DNA from: Halieaceae bacterium
Lineage (GTDB): Bacteria > Pseudomonadota > Gammaproteobacteria > Pseudomonadales > Halieaceae
NCBI GenBank assembly: GCA_038143045.1
Contig: JAYQLF010000014.1
Span: 86,799-150,798, forward strand
Direction: 5' to 3'
DNA length: 64,000 nt
Shown here: piece after piece, positions 10,475 through 22,883 of the stretch
How positions within the stretch are numbered: position 1 is the first letter of the stretch
Layout of the letters: each line of letters opens with the position of its first letter
Position numbers and translations under genes: made by a program
The notes under the pieces: generated by a model
The model's database searches: none
What the model was told of the DNA's origin: nothing
The model's input: only the letters and a program-made list of their open reading frames with translations

Positions 10475-11940
10475 CAGGCTCTGCCCTATTCTGGCTCGGC
10501 ATCACCGCGGCTTGTGTCGCCGGTTTAGGCGTCTCCCTCGTGCAGCTCCGCAAACAAAGAGTTGAACGGGATGCGCTACAGCAGGAGGTCGCCGCGCAAC
10601 GCACAGCCGCGTCTTTAGCAACAGAGCGGGCTGAAGCGGCGGAGGCAGAGCGCACACAATTATTAGAAGACTATTCAACGCTCAAAGCGCAGCTGAGCGC
10701 TCAAACCGCAACGCTGGCAGAGCGAGGAATGCACCACGAATCGCAGATGAAGTGGGTCGAGGAATCCCGCGCCGCTCTGCGCACCGAGCTCGAGGTCATT
10801 GGACAAAAGCTGCTGGCCTCTTCTGGTAAGGCACTGGAGACAACGAATCAGAAAAGCCTTGATAGCTTGCTTAAGCCGCTCGCCGAAAAGATTGATCAGT
10901 TTCAAACGCGAGTGAACCAGGTTCATACGGACATGGTTCGCAACAGCGCTTCACTCTCTGAACAAATCAAACACCTCGAATCCGTGGGTGTATCGATGTC
11001 AGGCGAAGCACAAAATCTCACCCGCGCTCTGAAAGGAGACAAAAAGCTTGTCGGGAATTGGGGCGAGGCCCAGCTTGAGAAGACGCTGGAACTGGCTGGC
11101 CTTCGGCGAGGTGAGCATTACGACGCCCAAGTGTCGATCAAGGATGAACGCGGGGACCGCCATTTGCCGGACTTCGTGATTCGGCTCCCGGAAGGCAAGA
11201 ATCTGGTGATCGACAGTAAAGTGTCGCTGGTCGATTACGAGCGTGCGGTGACGGCAGAGAGTGATGCTGCGCGGACTGCAGCACTCGAAGCGCACGGGAA
11301 GGCGGTCAAACAGCACATCGATGCCCTGTCCGCCAAGGATTACGCAAACCTGCCAGGTATGGAGAGCCCGGACTTTGTACTGATGTTCATGCCTGTCGAG
11401 CCTGCCTATATTGAAGTCATGCGTAGCCAGCGAGAATTATTCAATCACGGCTACCAAAAGAACGTGGTCCTAGTCTCTCACACCACTTTAATGCCCATTT
11501 TGCGCACGGTCGCCAACTTGTGGATGATCGAACACAGCAATCGCGAGGCGCGTGAAATCAGCGAGCGGGCGGGGGATATTTACAACACAGTTTGTCTGCT
11601 GGGAGAACGGTTGTTGTCGTTAGGTGCCTCACTTTCGACGACAGCCAATAAATACAACGATGCGGTCCGAGCGGTGCAAGGTAAACAGGGGCTGGCGGGA
11701 AAAGTCGCCCGGTTTCAGTCGCTGTCGAATCGGGCCAATAAAAACTTTCCCGAGGCGCTCGCTCCAATTGAACCCGATATTGAAGTGATGCGGGTAGAAG
11801 AACTGGACGGTGCCAGGCAGGGCCGTCTTTCAGACGACAGGAAACGAATAGCATCTGGCGACCAACAGGATGCTGCGGACAATTCGAGACCCCTGCCCGC
11901 GGCGGGTAGCAGATCGAAAACGCTTGCTAATGACGGGTAA
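10471..11940 (+). CDS. rmuC: DNA recombination protein RmuC
   Basis: N-terminal TM, coiled coil, GNWGE, PD..IRLP...VIDSK nuclease-like motif, DFVLMFMPVE. Confidence 0.92.
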   Translation: MTGSALFWLGITAACVAGLGVSLVQLRKQRVERDALQQEVAAQRTAASLATERAEAAEAERTQLLEDYSTLKAQLSAQTATLAERGMHHESQMKWVEESRAALRTELEVIGQKLLASSGKALETTNQKSLDSLLKPLAEKIDQFQTRVNQVHTDMVRNSASLSEQIKHLESVGVSMSGEAQNLTRALKGDKKLVGNWGEAQLEKTLELAGLRRGEHYDAQVSIKDERGDRHLPDFVIRLPEGKNLVIDSKVSLVDYERAVTAESDAARTAALEAHGKAVKQHIDALSAKDYANLPGMESPDFVLMFMPVEPAYIEVMRSQRELFNHGYQKNVVLVSHTTLMPILRTVANLWMIEHSNREAREISERAGDIYNTVCLLGERLLSLGASLSTTANKYNDAVRAVQGKQGLAGKVARFQSLSNRANKNFPEALAPIEPDIEVMRVEELDGARQGRLSDDRKRIASGDQQDAADNSRPLPAAGSRSKTLANDG

Positions 11941-12070
11941 CGCTGCAGAAAGCCACTATGAGCGAGCGCCGTGTTCAATTTGTTTTTGAACAAACTCTGC
12001 TCGGTCTCGTCATACTTTCTGATGCATAGGCCACGCCACTGACAAAGCGACCGGCACAATCAATCGGTCT

Positions 12071-14512
<2,442 letters not shown>

Positions 14513-14659
14513 TCACTTACATCCTAAAACCGCTTTGCGGAGCGTTGCCCAGTTAAAACGGCAACGCGACTCCCTATATAATACCGCTATCTCTTTGCTT
14601 TGCTATGCTCTTTCAAGTGTCGATCTCCCGCATTCTGGTTCAGCGCCATGGCCAGGCTG

Positions 14660-15736
14660 TCAACTAACGCGCTTAATCTGGCCTTGTTCCACGTGGAACA
14701 ACTCAAGGGGCCCATCGCCCCAAGCAACCTCCAGTGAACCCCGGTCTACTGCCGTTAATATCACTTGCCGCCCCATGCCAAGCTGCGCGCAGACACTGGC
14801 ACAATGTGCCCGATCCAGTTCAGCAGGCAGATCGTCCACAAGGTAAATTGGCCGACTGTTACCACCCTCCTCAATCAATCGCCCCTGCACCAGCTTTAAC
14901 GCCACCAGCAGCAACTTTAGCTGGCCACGGGATAACACATCAGCCGCCATACCGCCGCCCACCATAAACCGCAGGTCTCCGCGATGTGGCCCAACCTGAG
15001 TGAAGCCCTGGTTCGCATCGCTCTGAGCGTTGCGCTCCAGCGCCTCAGCAAGCCCTATCTGGCGATCCCACCCCGGCCTAAACACCACCGACACACCCGC
15101 TAAATCAGCAGATAGCTCTGACGCCATGCCCGCGAGCTGCCTGGACAGCGTGTCTGCGATTCGCGTCCGACTTTGTGTGAGGCGTTCACCCGTTTCAGCC
15201 AGCTCTTGGCGCCACGCCGAATCGGCATCCAGTATACCACGGCGCAACCCACCATTCCTCTGCCTCATGGCCTGCGCATAGCGCCGCCACAAGGGCAAAA
15301 AGTTTTGTTCCACGTGGAACAAAGTGCCATCCAAAAGTTTGCGGCGGCCCTCTGGCGGGCCGGTCACCAGCCCAAGGCTATCGGTATCCAACAGCACAAT
15401 TGGCATGGCCCGCGCCAACTCAGACAGCGACGCCACGTTCTCGCCACCGACTCGCGCCCGAGCCGTGCCATCCCGGTGTTTTTCGATGCCCATCACCAGC
15501 GGGCGACCCTGTCGCCTCAACCGGCACACCACCCGGCAGTCATCCTGCTCATGCTGGATCACGGGCTTGGATTGATGGGTTCGAAATGACCTGCCCGTGC
15601 CCAGGAGATGGATCGCCTCTAGAACACTGGTTTTACCTGATCCATTGGCGCCGAATAGCGCGGTTGCGCCGGAGTGTAGTTCAGCCGAAATATGTGAAAG
15701 GTTCCGGATGCGCTCTATGGAGATGTGCTCCAGCAT
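14660..15736 (-). CDS. recF: DNA replication/repair protein RecF
   Basis: GANGSGKTS Walker A, GRSFR, GPHRGD, LSRGQLK, LVDD. Confidence 0.97.
   Translation of the reverse strand: MLEHISIERIRNLSHISAELHSGATALFGANGSGKTSVLEAIHLLGTGRSFRTHQSKPVIQHEQDDCRVVCRLRRQGRPLVMGIEKHRDGTARARVGGENVASLSELARAMPIVLLDTDSLGLVTGPPEGRRKLLDGTLFHVEQNFLPLWRRYAQAMRQRNGGLRRGILDADSAWRQELAETGERLTQSRTRIADTLSRQLAGMASELSADLAGVSVVFRPGWDRQIGLAEALERNAQSDANQGFTQVGPHRGDLRFMVGGGMAADVLSRGQLKLLLVALKLVQGRLIEEGGNSRPIYLVDDLPAELDRAHCASVCAQLGMGRQVILTAVDRGSLEVAWGDGPLELFHVEQGQIKRVS
14685..14700. promoter_or_regulatory. parS centromere site
   Basis: Perfect 16-bp palindrome TGTTCCACGTGGAACA (chromosomal parS consensus); parAB in window. Confidence 0.92.
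15306..15321. promoter_or_regulatory. parS centromere site
   Basis: Second perfect TGTTCCACGTGGAACA; palindrome extends to 20 bp (15304-15323). Confidence 0.92.
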
Positions 15737-15755
15737 TGACGGGGTAGGGCGCAGA

Positions 15756-16868
15756 TCAGAGCCGCATTGGCATTACGACATAAAGTCGCTCTGGCTCCTC
15801 TTCAGCAGGGGACTCAGCATGCTCAAGTAGTGCAGAGCTCGCCTCATCTGAAAGCGACAAACGCACTTGAGACTGGTCAAGAACGCCTAGCACGTCAAGT
15901 AAGTAGCTGACATTAAAACCAATTTCCAGATCTGAGCCAGCGTACTGCACTGCCACAACCTCCTCAGCCTGTTCCTGCTCGGGGTTGTTTGCCGTGATTT
16001 CCAAATTGTTGTCGGTTAGCTTTAGCCGAACACCACGATATTTTTCGTTCGATAAAATAGCAGTTCGGGTGAAAGCCTGGCGGAGCTCTGCTCGATCACC
16101 GGTCACCGACTTGTCGGCATTTTTCGGTATCACGCGCTCATAATCGGGGAACTTGCCGTCAACAAGCTTGGAAGTGAAGGTAAATTGCTCATTCGCCGCC
16201 TGAATGTGATTGCTGCCTATCATCAATTCCAAAGGCGCATTACCATCAAGCAGACGGGCCAGCTCAAGCACCCCCTTGCGGGGAATAATCACACCGATAT
16301 CGTCAGCGTCCACGCGTTGCGGAGCTGTCGCAAGCGCCAACCTATGGCCATCCGTCGCCACTACCCGAAGACGACCGCCTAAAATTTCGAGGTACAACCC
16401 ATTCAAGTAGTAACGGACATCCTGCTGAGCCATAGCGAACGCAGTGCCGTCAATGAGGTGCTTGACCAGAGACTGATCCAGAGACAAAGCCACAGAACCT
16501 GCTCCACCTTCCACGGCAGGGAAATCGGCTGCAGGCAAAGTCGATAACGTGAAACGGCTGCGTCCCGCCTTGACCATCGCCTTTCCCGAATCCAGGGAGA
16601 ATTCTATTGTGGAACCCTCGGGTAGCGACTTGCAGATGTCGACCAGCTTGCGAGCGGGCACCGTGACCTCGCCATCAACGCCGGCTGACTCAAGTTCTAC
16701 ACGACCAACCAACTCCACCTCTAGGTCCGTGCCGGTAAGCGACAGGGTTGTCCCCTCCAGCACCAGCAAAACATTGGACAGAATAGGCAGGGTCTGGCGT
16801 CTTTCCACGACTCCCGCTACGAGATTAAGCGGCTTTATCAGTGCGTCACGGGAAATGAAGAATTTCAT
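15756..16868 (-). CDS. dnaN: DNA polymerase III beta sliding clamp
   Basis: VERRQTLPIL, ATDGHRLA, GKFPDY, YVVMPMRL. Confidence 0.98.
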   Translation of the reverse strand: MKFFISRDALIKPLNLVAGVVERRQTLPILSNVLLVLEGTTLSLTGTDLEVELVGRVELESAGVDGEVTVPARKLVDICKSLPEGSTIEFSLDSGKAMVKAGRSRFTLSTLPAADFPAVEGGAGSVALSLDQSLVKHLIDGTAFAMAQQDVRYYLNGLYLEILGGRLRVVATDGHRLALATAPQRVDADDIGVIIPRKGVLELARLLDGNAPLELMIGSNHIQAANEQFTFTSKLVDGKFPDYERVIPKNADKSVTGDRAELRQAFTRTAILSNEKYRGVRLKLTDNNLEITANNPEQEQAEEVVAVQYAGSDLEIGFNVSYLLDVLGVLDQSQVRLSLSDEASSALLEHAESPAEEEPERLYVVMPMRL

Positions 16869-16949
16869 GTCTTTCAGCTCGTTGTGTCGGTAATTGGCAA
16901 AGTGGGGGGCTAACCCGAAGCCTCGGCGGCAACCGATTGGCCCCGATAA

Positions 16950-18341
16950 TCAGGTCGTCAGCGCTCTGAGCAAGTTCTGATAATCCTCACTAATATCTGG
17001 ACTCGTATCTCTCAGCTCCCTGATTTTACGACAAGCATGAAGGACTGTCGTGTGATCTCGTCCACCGAAGGCGTCTCCGATTTCGGGGAGGCTGTGCTGG
17101 GTGAGCTCCTTTGCGATAGCCATCGCCATTTGTCGCGGTCTCGCAACAGATCGATTGCGCCGCTTAGACATGAGGTCTGCCACCTTAATCTTGTAGTACT
17201 CGGCGACCTTGCGCTTAATGTTATCAAGCGACACCTGCTTATCTTGCAACGCGAGCAGATCTTTGAGGCTGTCCTTGATCAGCTCCACATCAAACGGCCT
17301 GCCGGTAAAGTTGGCGCTGGCAATGACCCGCTTCAGCGCGCCCTCCAGCTCGCGAACATTAGAGCGGATCCGTTGAGCAATGAAAAAGGCCGCGTCCGGA
17401 GAAAGTGAAATGTGGCTTTGCTCTGCCTTTTTCATCAAGATGGCCACTCGTGTCTCAAGGTCTGGTGGTTCAACGGCCACGGTTAGGCCCCAGCCGAAAC
17501 GCGACTTGAGCCGCTCTTCAACACCATCAATTTCCTTCGGGTACCGGTCGCAGGTCAAAATCATCTGCTGGCCACCCTCAAGCAGCGCATTAAATGTGTG
17601 AAAAAACTCTTCTTGCGAACGATCCTTGTTAGCAAAAAACTGAATATCATCAATCAGTAAGGCGTCAACAGATCGATAAAACCGCTTAAAGTCATTGATC
17701 GCGTTGAGTTGCAATGCCTTGACCATATCGGCAACAAACCGCTCCGAATGGAGATAAACAATCTTCGCGTCTGGGTTTCTCTGGCGCATCGCGTTACCAA
17801 CCGCATGCATAAGATGGGTTTTGCCTAAGCCGACGCCGCCATATAAGAAAAGCGGGTTATAAGAGTGGCCGGGATGTTCCGAGACCTGCTGTGCCGCAGC
17901 CAGCGCTAGCTGATTGCTCTTACCCTCAACAAAACGCTCAAAAGTGTAGCCCTCCACCAAGTTCGAGGGCGACAGAAGCCCTGGCGGTGCAGGCCGCGGT
18001 GTAGCGCTCATGGGTCCCGGGGTAGGGTGCGACTCTCCAGCTCTGGCTGGCGAAATCGGTCGGATCACGGGAGCGGGCGTCTGCACCCCTTGCACTGTTA
18101 CCGATGCCTGTGCAGAGGCCGGCGCCAACACGTCCAGAAGGTAAGCATTGATCATTGGCAAGTACTTGTCTGACACAAAATCGCGGATAAAGCGATTCGG
18201 CGCCGCCAGCAGGAGCCCGCTATCCTGCCATTCGGCCTGAAGGGGCCGAATCCAGGTATTGAACTGCTGCTGTGGGATGTCACCGCTTAATCGATTTAGG
18301 CAGTGTTGCCAGGGGTCGGTTAGAGGCTGCGGGGCGACCAA
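16950..18341 (-). CDS. dnaA: Chromosomal replication initiator DnaA (start reassigned to TTG 18341)
   Basis: [36 protein letters not shown]; GGAG RBS before the in-frame TTG; the ORF-track start at 18470 lies in a DnaA box. Confidence 0.96.
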   Translation of the reverse strand: MVAPQPLTDPWQHCLNRLSGDIPQQQFNTWIRPLQAEWQDSGLLLAAPNRFIRDFVSDKYLPMINAYLLDVLAPASAQASVTVQGVQTPAPVIRPISPARAGESHPTPGPMSATPRPAPPGLLSPSNLVEGYTFERFVEGKSNQLALAAAQQVSEHPGHSYNPLFLYGGVGLGKTHLMHAVGNAMRQRNPDAKIVYLHSERFVADMVKALQLNAINDFKRFYRSVDALLIDDIQFFANKDRSQEEFFHTFNALLEGGQQMILTCDRYPKEIDGVEERLKSRFGWGLTVAVEPPDLETRVAILMKKAEQSHISLSPDAAFFIAQRIRSNVRELEGALKRVIASANFTGRPFDVELIKDSLKDLLALQDKQVSLDNIKRKVAEYYKIKVADLMSKRRNRSVARPRQMAMAIAKELTQHSLPEIGDAFGGRDHTTVLHACRKIRELRDTSPDISEDYQNLLRALTT

Positions 18342-18953
18342 AGGTGTTACTCCAAATGTTGTTGTTACGTGCTTACAATCAGCGACTATCGGTTTGGCTG
18401 GCTCCTGCCGCTCGTGAACATCCCCAAAACTGTTCCGCCTGCCCAGATGCGTCGGACGGTAGTTATCCACAAAGATATATTTCTATCAACTGGTTTTTAA
18501 GGCTTGCAAAATCAATGACTTACAAACCATCTCGCCGCTAAACCATATTTTACGCCGACGCAAGAAAAATTTATTTTGGTTGTGGATAACCTGTGTCTAT
18601 CTTTTGGTCAACTTGTGGCTTCTATACCAGGATTCATCGCGGCTTACGCGGCGCCGGCGGATGACTAGACAGCGCCCTGGGCCCACAACCCGCATAAAGT
18701 CTCGCGTTGTGTGACTCTTCCGGCGTAATTGCTCCAGCTTCACCGGTGGCCTCCGATCGTGGATAAACTTTTTTTAACTGTGACGCCTGCACGATAGCTG
18801 GCCCAACAAAGACGCTTGCCAAGGCTCATGAGCACCCCTATACTCCGCGCCCCTTAAGAGTTGTGGGCGGTTATCAACAGCGCTCCACAAGCGATCACCT
18901 AAGTTGATTGGCGCACCGCAGCATCTACGGCGCCAGTGAAAAAGGACAACGTC
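18342..18953. other. dnaA-rpmH intergenic DnaA-box cluster (oriC candidate and dnaA autoregulatory region)
   Basis: TTATCCACA 18463-18471, TGTGGATAA 18581-18589, CGTGGATAA 18758-18766, TTATCAACA 18871-18879; IHF consensus AATCAATGACTTA 18510-18522. Confidence 0.8.
18816..18852 (+). promoter_or_regulatory. sigma70 promoter of the rpmH operon
   Basis: TTGCCA (18816-18821), 17 bp spacer, TATACT (18839-18844), then GC-rich discriminator CCGCGCCC. Confidence 0.75.
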
Positions 18954-19088
18954 ATGAAGCGTACATTTCAACCCAGCGTCCTGAAGCGTAAGCGTAACCA
19001 TGGCTTTCGTGCCCGCATGGCCACTAAAAACGGTCGAAAAGTGCTGGCTCGCCGCCGAGCACGCGGCCGACGTCGACTGTCGGCGTAA
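18954..19088 (+). CDS. rpmH: 50S ribosomal protein L34 (not in ORF track, 44 aa)
   Basis: Hand translation [44 protein letters not shown]; AAGGA RBS. Confidence 0.98.
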   Translation: MKRTFQPSVLKRKRNHGFRARMATKNGRKVLARRRARGRRRLSA

Positions 19089-19117
19089 ACGTCTTCCGCA
19101 CGGGTCATCACTGACCC

Positions 19118-19471
19118 ATGCCTGGTTTCCCCCCATCCGCCAGATTACTCCGACCCGAGGATTATCGTCGGGTCTTTGACACACCCGCATATAAAGTGAG
19201 CAGCGCAGCGTTCTTACTGCTTGCGCAACATAGCGATACTAGCAACTCAAGAGTTGGCATCATCGTCGCAAAGAAACACGTGAGACGCGCCATTCGTCGC
19301 AACCGCATTAAACGGTTAATACGAGAACAGTTTCGGCTCAATCGCCCCTCGCCCAACCTGGACGTTGTTGTGCTCGCCAGATCGGCCGCGGACACCATGG
19401 ACAACGCGCAAATCACGAGTGAGCTCGGGCAGCTTTGGTCCGACCTTCAAAAAAAGGCCATCGCCAAATGA
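19118..19471 (+). CDS. rnpA: Ribonuclease P protein component
   Basis: RLL, RVGIIVAKK, AIRRNRIKRLIRE (RNR motif). Confidence 0.95.
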   Translation: MPGFPPSARLLRPEDYRRVFDTPAYKVSSAAFLLLAQHSDTSNSRVGIIVAKKHVRRAIRRNRIKRLIREQFRLNRPSPNLDVVVLARSAADTMDNAQITSELGQLWSDLQKKAIAK

Positions 19472-19734
19472 AAGCATGGAGGTGGTTGGACCGTGGCGCG
19501 AGACGCGCGCTCATCCAACTGATTAAAGGTTACCAGCTGGTGTTGAGTCCTTGGCTGGGAAGAAGCTGCCGTTTTACGCCGACCTGCTCACAGTACGGCA
19601 TTGACGCCCTTGAGAGCCACGGTACCCTAACGGCCCTGTGGCTGACCGCACGCAGACTGCTGCGTTGCCACCCCTGGTGCGAAGGAGGTTATGATCCCGT
19701 TCCGCACCGCGATCTACCACCACACTCTCATTGA
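19468..19734 (+). CDS. yidD: Membrane protein insertion efficiency factor
   Basis: YQLVLSP, CRFTPTCSQY, RCHPWCEGGYDPVP; ATGA overlap with rnpA. Confidence 0.93.
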   Translation: MKAWRWLDRGARRALIQLIKGYQLVLSPWLGRSCRFTPTCSQYGIDALESHGTLTALWLTARRLLRCHPWCEGGYDPVPHRDLPPHSH

Positions 19735-19742
19735 GGACCAAG

Positions 19743-21446
19743 ATGGATATCCCGCGTTACGCCCTGATTGCCGCCAGTCTGCTACTGGGTCTTATGCTGT
19801 TAGGGGAATGGACGCGCTTCAGCGAAGCCCAACAAGCGGCAGCGGCGCCCGCGACCCCGATGGTGACACCATCCTCATTGGACAGTGACCTCTCCGATGC
19901 GTCGGCACCCGCCACCTCACCCAGCCAAGGCGACCTGCCAGTCAATGAAGACATCAACCTCGCAGCCAGCGGGAACGCAAATACCATCAGCAGCGATGAT
20001 GTCTCCAGCACCGGACAATTGATCACAGTCAACACCGACACCCTCAAAGTGATGATCGACCTACGCGGTGGCGACGTCGTGGGTGCCGCGCTTAAAAACT
20101 ACCCTAAAACTCTCGACGACACTGATGATCCGTTTGTATTGCTGGAGAGAAACGCGCAGCGGACTTACGTTGCTCAATCAGGGATCGTTGGAAACAACGG
20201 CATCGATAATACAGAACGCGCCCCGTACCGAAGCAAGCAGACCGTCTATGACCTTGACGGAGCAGACGCGCTGGAGGTCGTTTTAACCTACGCGGGCGAC
20301 AACACCGATCTCAATGTTGCCAAGCGGTTCCTGTTTACCCGCGGCAGTCACGTTGTCACCGTTATTCACGATGTCACAAATGTGTCGTCAAACAGCGCAC
20401 AAATCACGCCTTTTATGCAGTTAAAGCGGGATAGCACCAAAGCTCCGGCAGGAAGCGACTCCAGCATGGGTATGCAGCCATTTCTTGGCTCAGCATTAAC
20501 ACAGCCGGACCAACGCTTTAATAAATTTGATTTTGAAGACATGGCTGAGGATCCCTTTAAAGCTGACCTTTCTGGCGGCTGGATTGCCATGTTGCAGCAC
20601 TACTTTGTCTCGGCCTGGGTCCCGGAGCCCGATCAAACCTATCGATATCGCACACGCCAAACGCAGTCGGGATTCAATATTATCGGCTACACAGGTCCTG
20701 CAATCTCTGTAGCGCCAAACGAGACGGTCAGCATTCCTAACCGGCTTTATGCCGGACCGAAAAACCAAACCGTTCTGGCAGAGCTCGCGCCCCATCTTGA
20801 TCTTGTTGTTGATTATGGCTGGCTGTGGTGGATTGCCCAGCCGCTGTTCTGGTTGCTGACTTTCATACAAAGCATTGTCATCAACTGGGGTGTCGCCATT
20901 ATCATTTTGACACTCTTAGTAAAGCTCGCCTTCTTTCAGTTGTCGGCTGCCGGCTATAAATCCATGGCCCGTATGCGCAAAGTACAGCCGCGTATCATGG
21001 CCATCCGCGAGGAATACGCCAACGACAAAGCAAAACAGTCTCAGGCCATGATGGAGCTGTATAAAAAGGAAAAGATCAATCCTTTGGGTGGCTGTTTCCC
21101 CATCCTCGTCCAAATGCCCGTTTTCATCGCCCTGTATTGGGTGCTGATGGAGTCCGTTGAGCTGCGCCAGGCGCCGTTTGCGTTATGGATTGAGGATCTT
21201 TCCGTGATGGATCCGTATTTCGTACTGCCCATCCTGATGGGTGCCAGCATGTACTACATGCAAAAGCTCAACCCCGCACCACCCGATCCGATGCAAGCAA
21301 AAATCATGCAGTGGATGCCGATTGTTTTTACTTTCTTCTTTTTGTGGTTCCCGGCCGGCCTTGTCCTCTACTGGCTGTGTAACAACCTGTTGTCTATGGC
21401 ACAGCAATACCTGATCAATCGCCGCATTGAGAGCGGTGCTTTGTAA
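19743..21446 (+). CDS. yidC: Membrane protein insertase YidC
   Basis: DYGWLW, NWGVAII, NPLGGCFPILVQMPVF; GAGG RBS before ATG 19743. Confidence 0.97.
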   Translation: MDIPRYALIAASLLLGLMLLGEWTRFSEAQQAAAAPATPMVTPSSLDSDLSDASAPATSPSQGDLPVNEDINLAASGNANTISSDDVSSTGQLITVNTDTLKVMIDLRGGDVVGAALKNYPKTLDDTDDPFVLLERNAQRTYVAQSGIVGNNGIDNTERAPYRSKQTVYDLDGADALEVVLTYAGDNTDLNVAKRFLFTRGSHVVTVIHDVTNVSSNSAQITPFMQLKRDSTKAPAGSDSSMGMQPFLGSALTQPDQRFNKFDFEDMAEDPFKADLSGGWIAMLQHYFVSAWVPEPDQTYRYRTRQTQSGFNIIGYTGPAISVAPNETVSIPNRLYAGPKNQTVLAELAPHLDLVVDYGWLWWIAQPLFWLLTFIQSIVINWGVAIIILTLLVKLAFFQLSAAGYKSMARMRKVQPRIMAIREEYANDKAKQSQAMMELYKKEKINPLGGCFPILVQMPVFIALYWVLMESVELRQAPFALWIEDLSVMDPYFVLPILMGASMYYMQKLNPAPPDPMQAKIMQWMPIVFTFFFLWFPAGLVLYWLCNNLLSMAQQYLINRRIESGAL

Positions 21447-21469
21447 CGGGTAAAACGGAGAAAGAAGCT

Positions 21470-22883
21470 TTGATCACGACGGACGGTGGGCTGGATCTCG
21501 ATACCATCGCCGCCATTGCAACGCCTTCCGGCAGGGGTGGTGTCAGTATCGTCCGGATCTCAGGGCCTCAGGCCTGGTCGATTGCCCAGCAGATCTCTGG
21601 GAAATCACCTCAACCCAGGGTACCCACCGTCTCCCAGTTTAAGGATGCTGCGGGCGCCATCGTGGACGAGGGTATCGCTCTGCTGTTCAAAGGCCCAGCA
21701 TCGTTCACTGGTGAGGATGTTGCTGAGCTTCATGGCCACGGTGGCATTGTTGTTACGCAGTTATTGTTAACCGCCTGCCTAGATCGCGGCGCAAGACTGG
21801 CGCGACCCGGAGAATTTTCTGAACGGGCGTTCCTGAATAACAAGTTTGATCTCACCCAGGCCGAGAGCTTGGCAGACCTCATAGACGCGCGAACCGAACA
21901 AGCCGCAAGACAAGCCTCTGCCTCTTTGCGGGGTGTTTTCTCTGACACCGTTAATGCGCTAAGTGAACAAGTCATCGCACTCAGAGTCTACGTTGAGGCG
22001 GCAATCGACTTTCCCGAGGAGGACATCGATTTTCTCACGGAAGGAAAGGTCAGTGAGTCGCTCGATTCTCTCAAAGCCGAATTAACTGGTGTGATTGAGC
22101 AAGCCCGGCACGGCGCAATCATGGGACGCGGTGCTCGCGTTGTTCTCACAGGCGCACCCAACGCAGGAAAAAGTAGCTTACTCAACTGTCTTGGCCAAGA
22201 ATGCCGTGGCGATCGTAACAGACGTTCCTGGCACAACGCGTGATGTCATTAGACAATCCATCACGTTGGGAGGTGTCGCGATAGACCTGTCTGATACAGC
22301 AGGCATCCGTGATGCAGTTGATGCCATTGAGCAGGAAGGGATTAACCGCGCCAAAACAGAACTTGATAGCGCCGATATGGTGATCGAGGTGATCGATGAC
22401 AGCGCACCCGTTTACGTTGCAGAGCTCATCGAGGAACAACGACGTCCGGTGATACGGGTCTTCAATAAGATCGATCTTTCGGGCCGGCCTGCCGGTCGAT
22501 TGTCTTCGGATTCTGTCGAAGTCGAGAGCGATCAACTCGCCGCTGAGCTACCTCGAGCCGACGCGACCACCATCACCATTGCACTTTCCGCCTCTACAGG
22601 GGAGGGTGTCCCAGCCCTAGAGCACGCCATACTGGAAAGTTTAGGGATGGGTGATGCCGCCAGCACAACGCCTTTCTCGGCCAGAGAACGACACGTCACC
22701 TGCTTACAACATGCGTCTGCACTTCTGGATGGCGCAACAACACGGTTTCTGGAAAGTGGCGCTGGAGAGCTGTTAGCTGAGGATCTCCGCGATGTGCACC
22801 ACACGCTGAGCGAAATCACCGGCGAATTTGGTGCCGATGCGCTACTAGGGGAAATTTTCTCATCCTTCTGCATCGGAAAATAA
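21470..22883 (+). CDS. mnmE: tRNA modification GTPase MnmE (one extra base near 22190-22194 splits the frame)
   Basis: TIAAIATPSGRGG, SFTGEDV, GAPNAGKSSLLN then AIVTDVPGTTRD, FSSFCIGK; the two ORF-track halves join on removing one base. Confidence 0.93.

Noticed and set aside
11958-12029. 23-codon ORF MSERRVQFVFEQTLLGLVILSDA after rmuC
   Set aside because: No RBS and too short to support
14571-14620. Possible gyrB promoter (minus-strand TATTAT) or antisense TATAAT at 14577-14582
   Set aside because: No convincing -35 at correct spacing on either strand; direction cannot be assigned
18342-18470. 43-aa N-terminal extension of DnaA in the ORF track
   Set aside because: Starts within a DnaA box, has no RBS and is not DnaA-like; TTG 18341 has a GGAG RBS
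22191-22200. GGCC near several lesion sites (mnmE, atpA, yicC), suggesting methylation-linked basecalling error
   Set aside because: GGCC is very frequent at this GC content and is absent at the dctP and dctM sites; cannot be tested by eye
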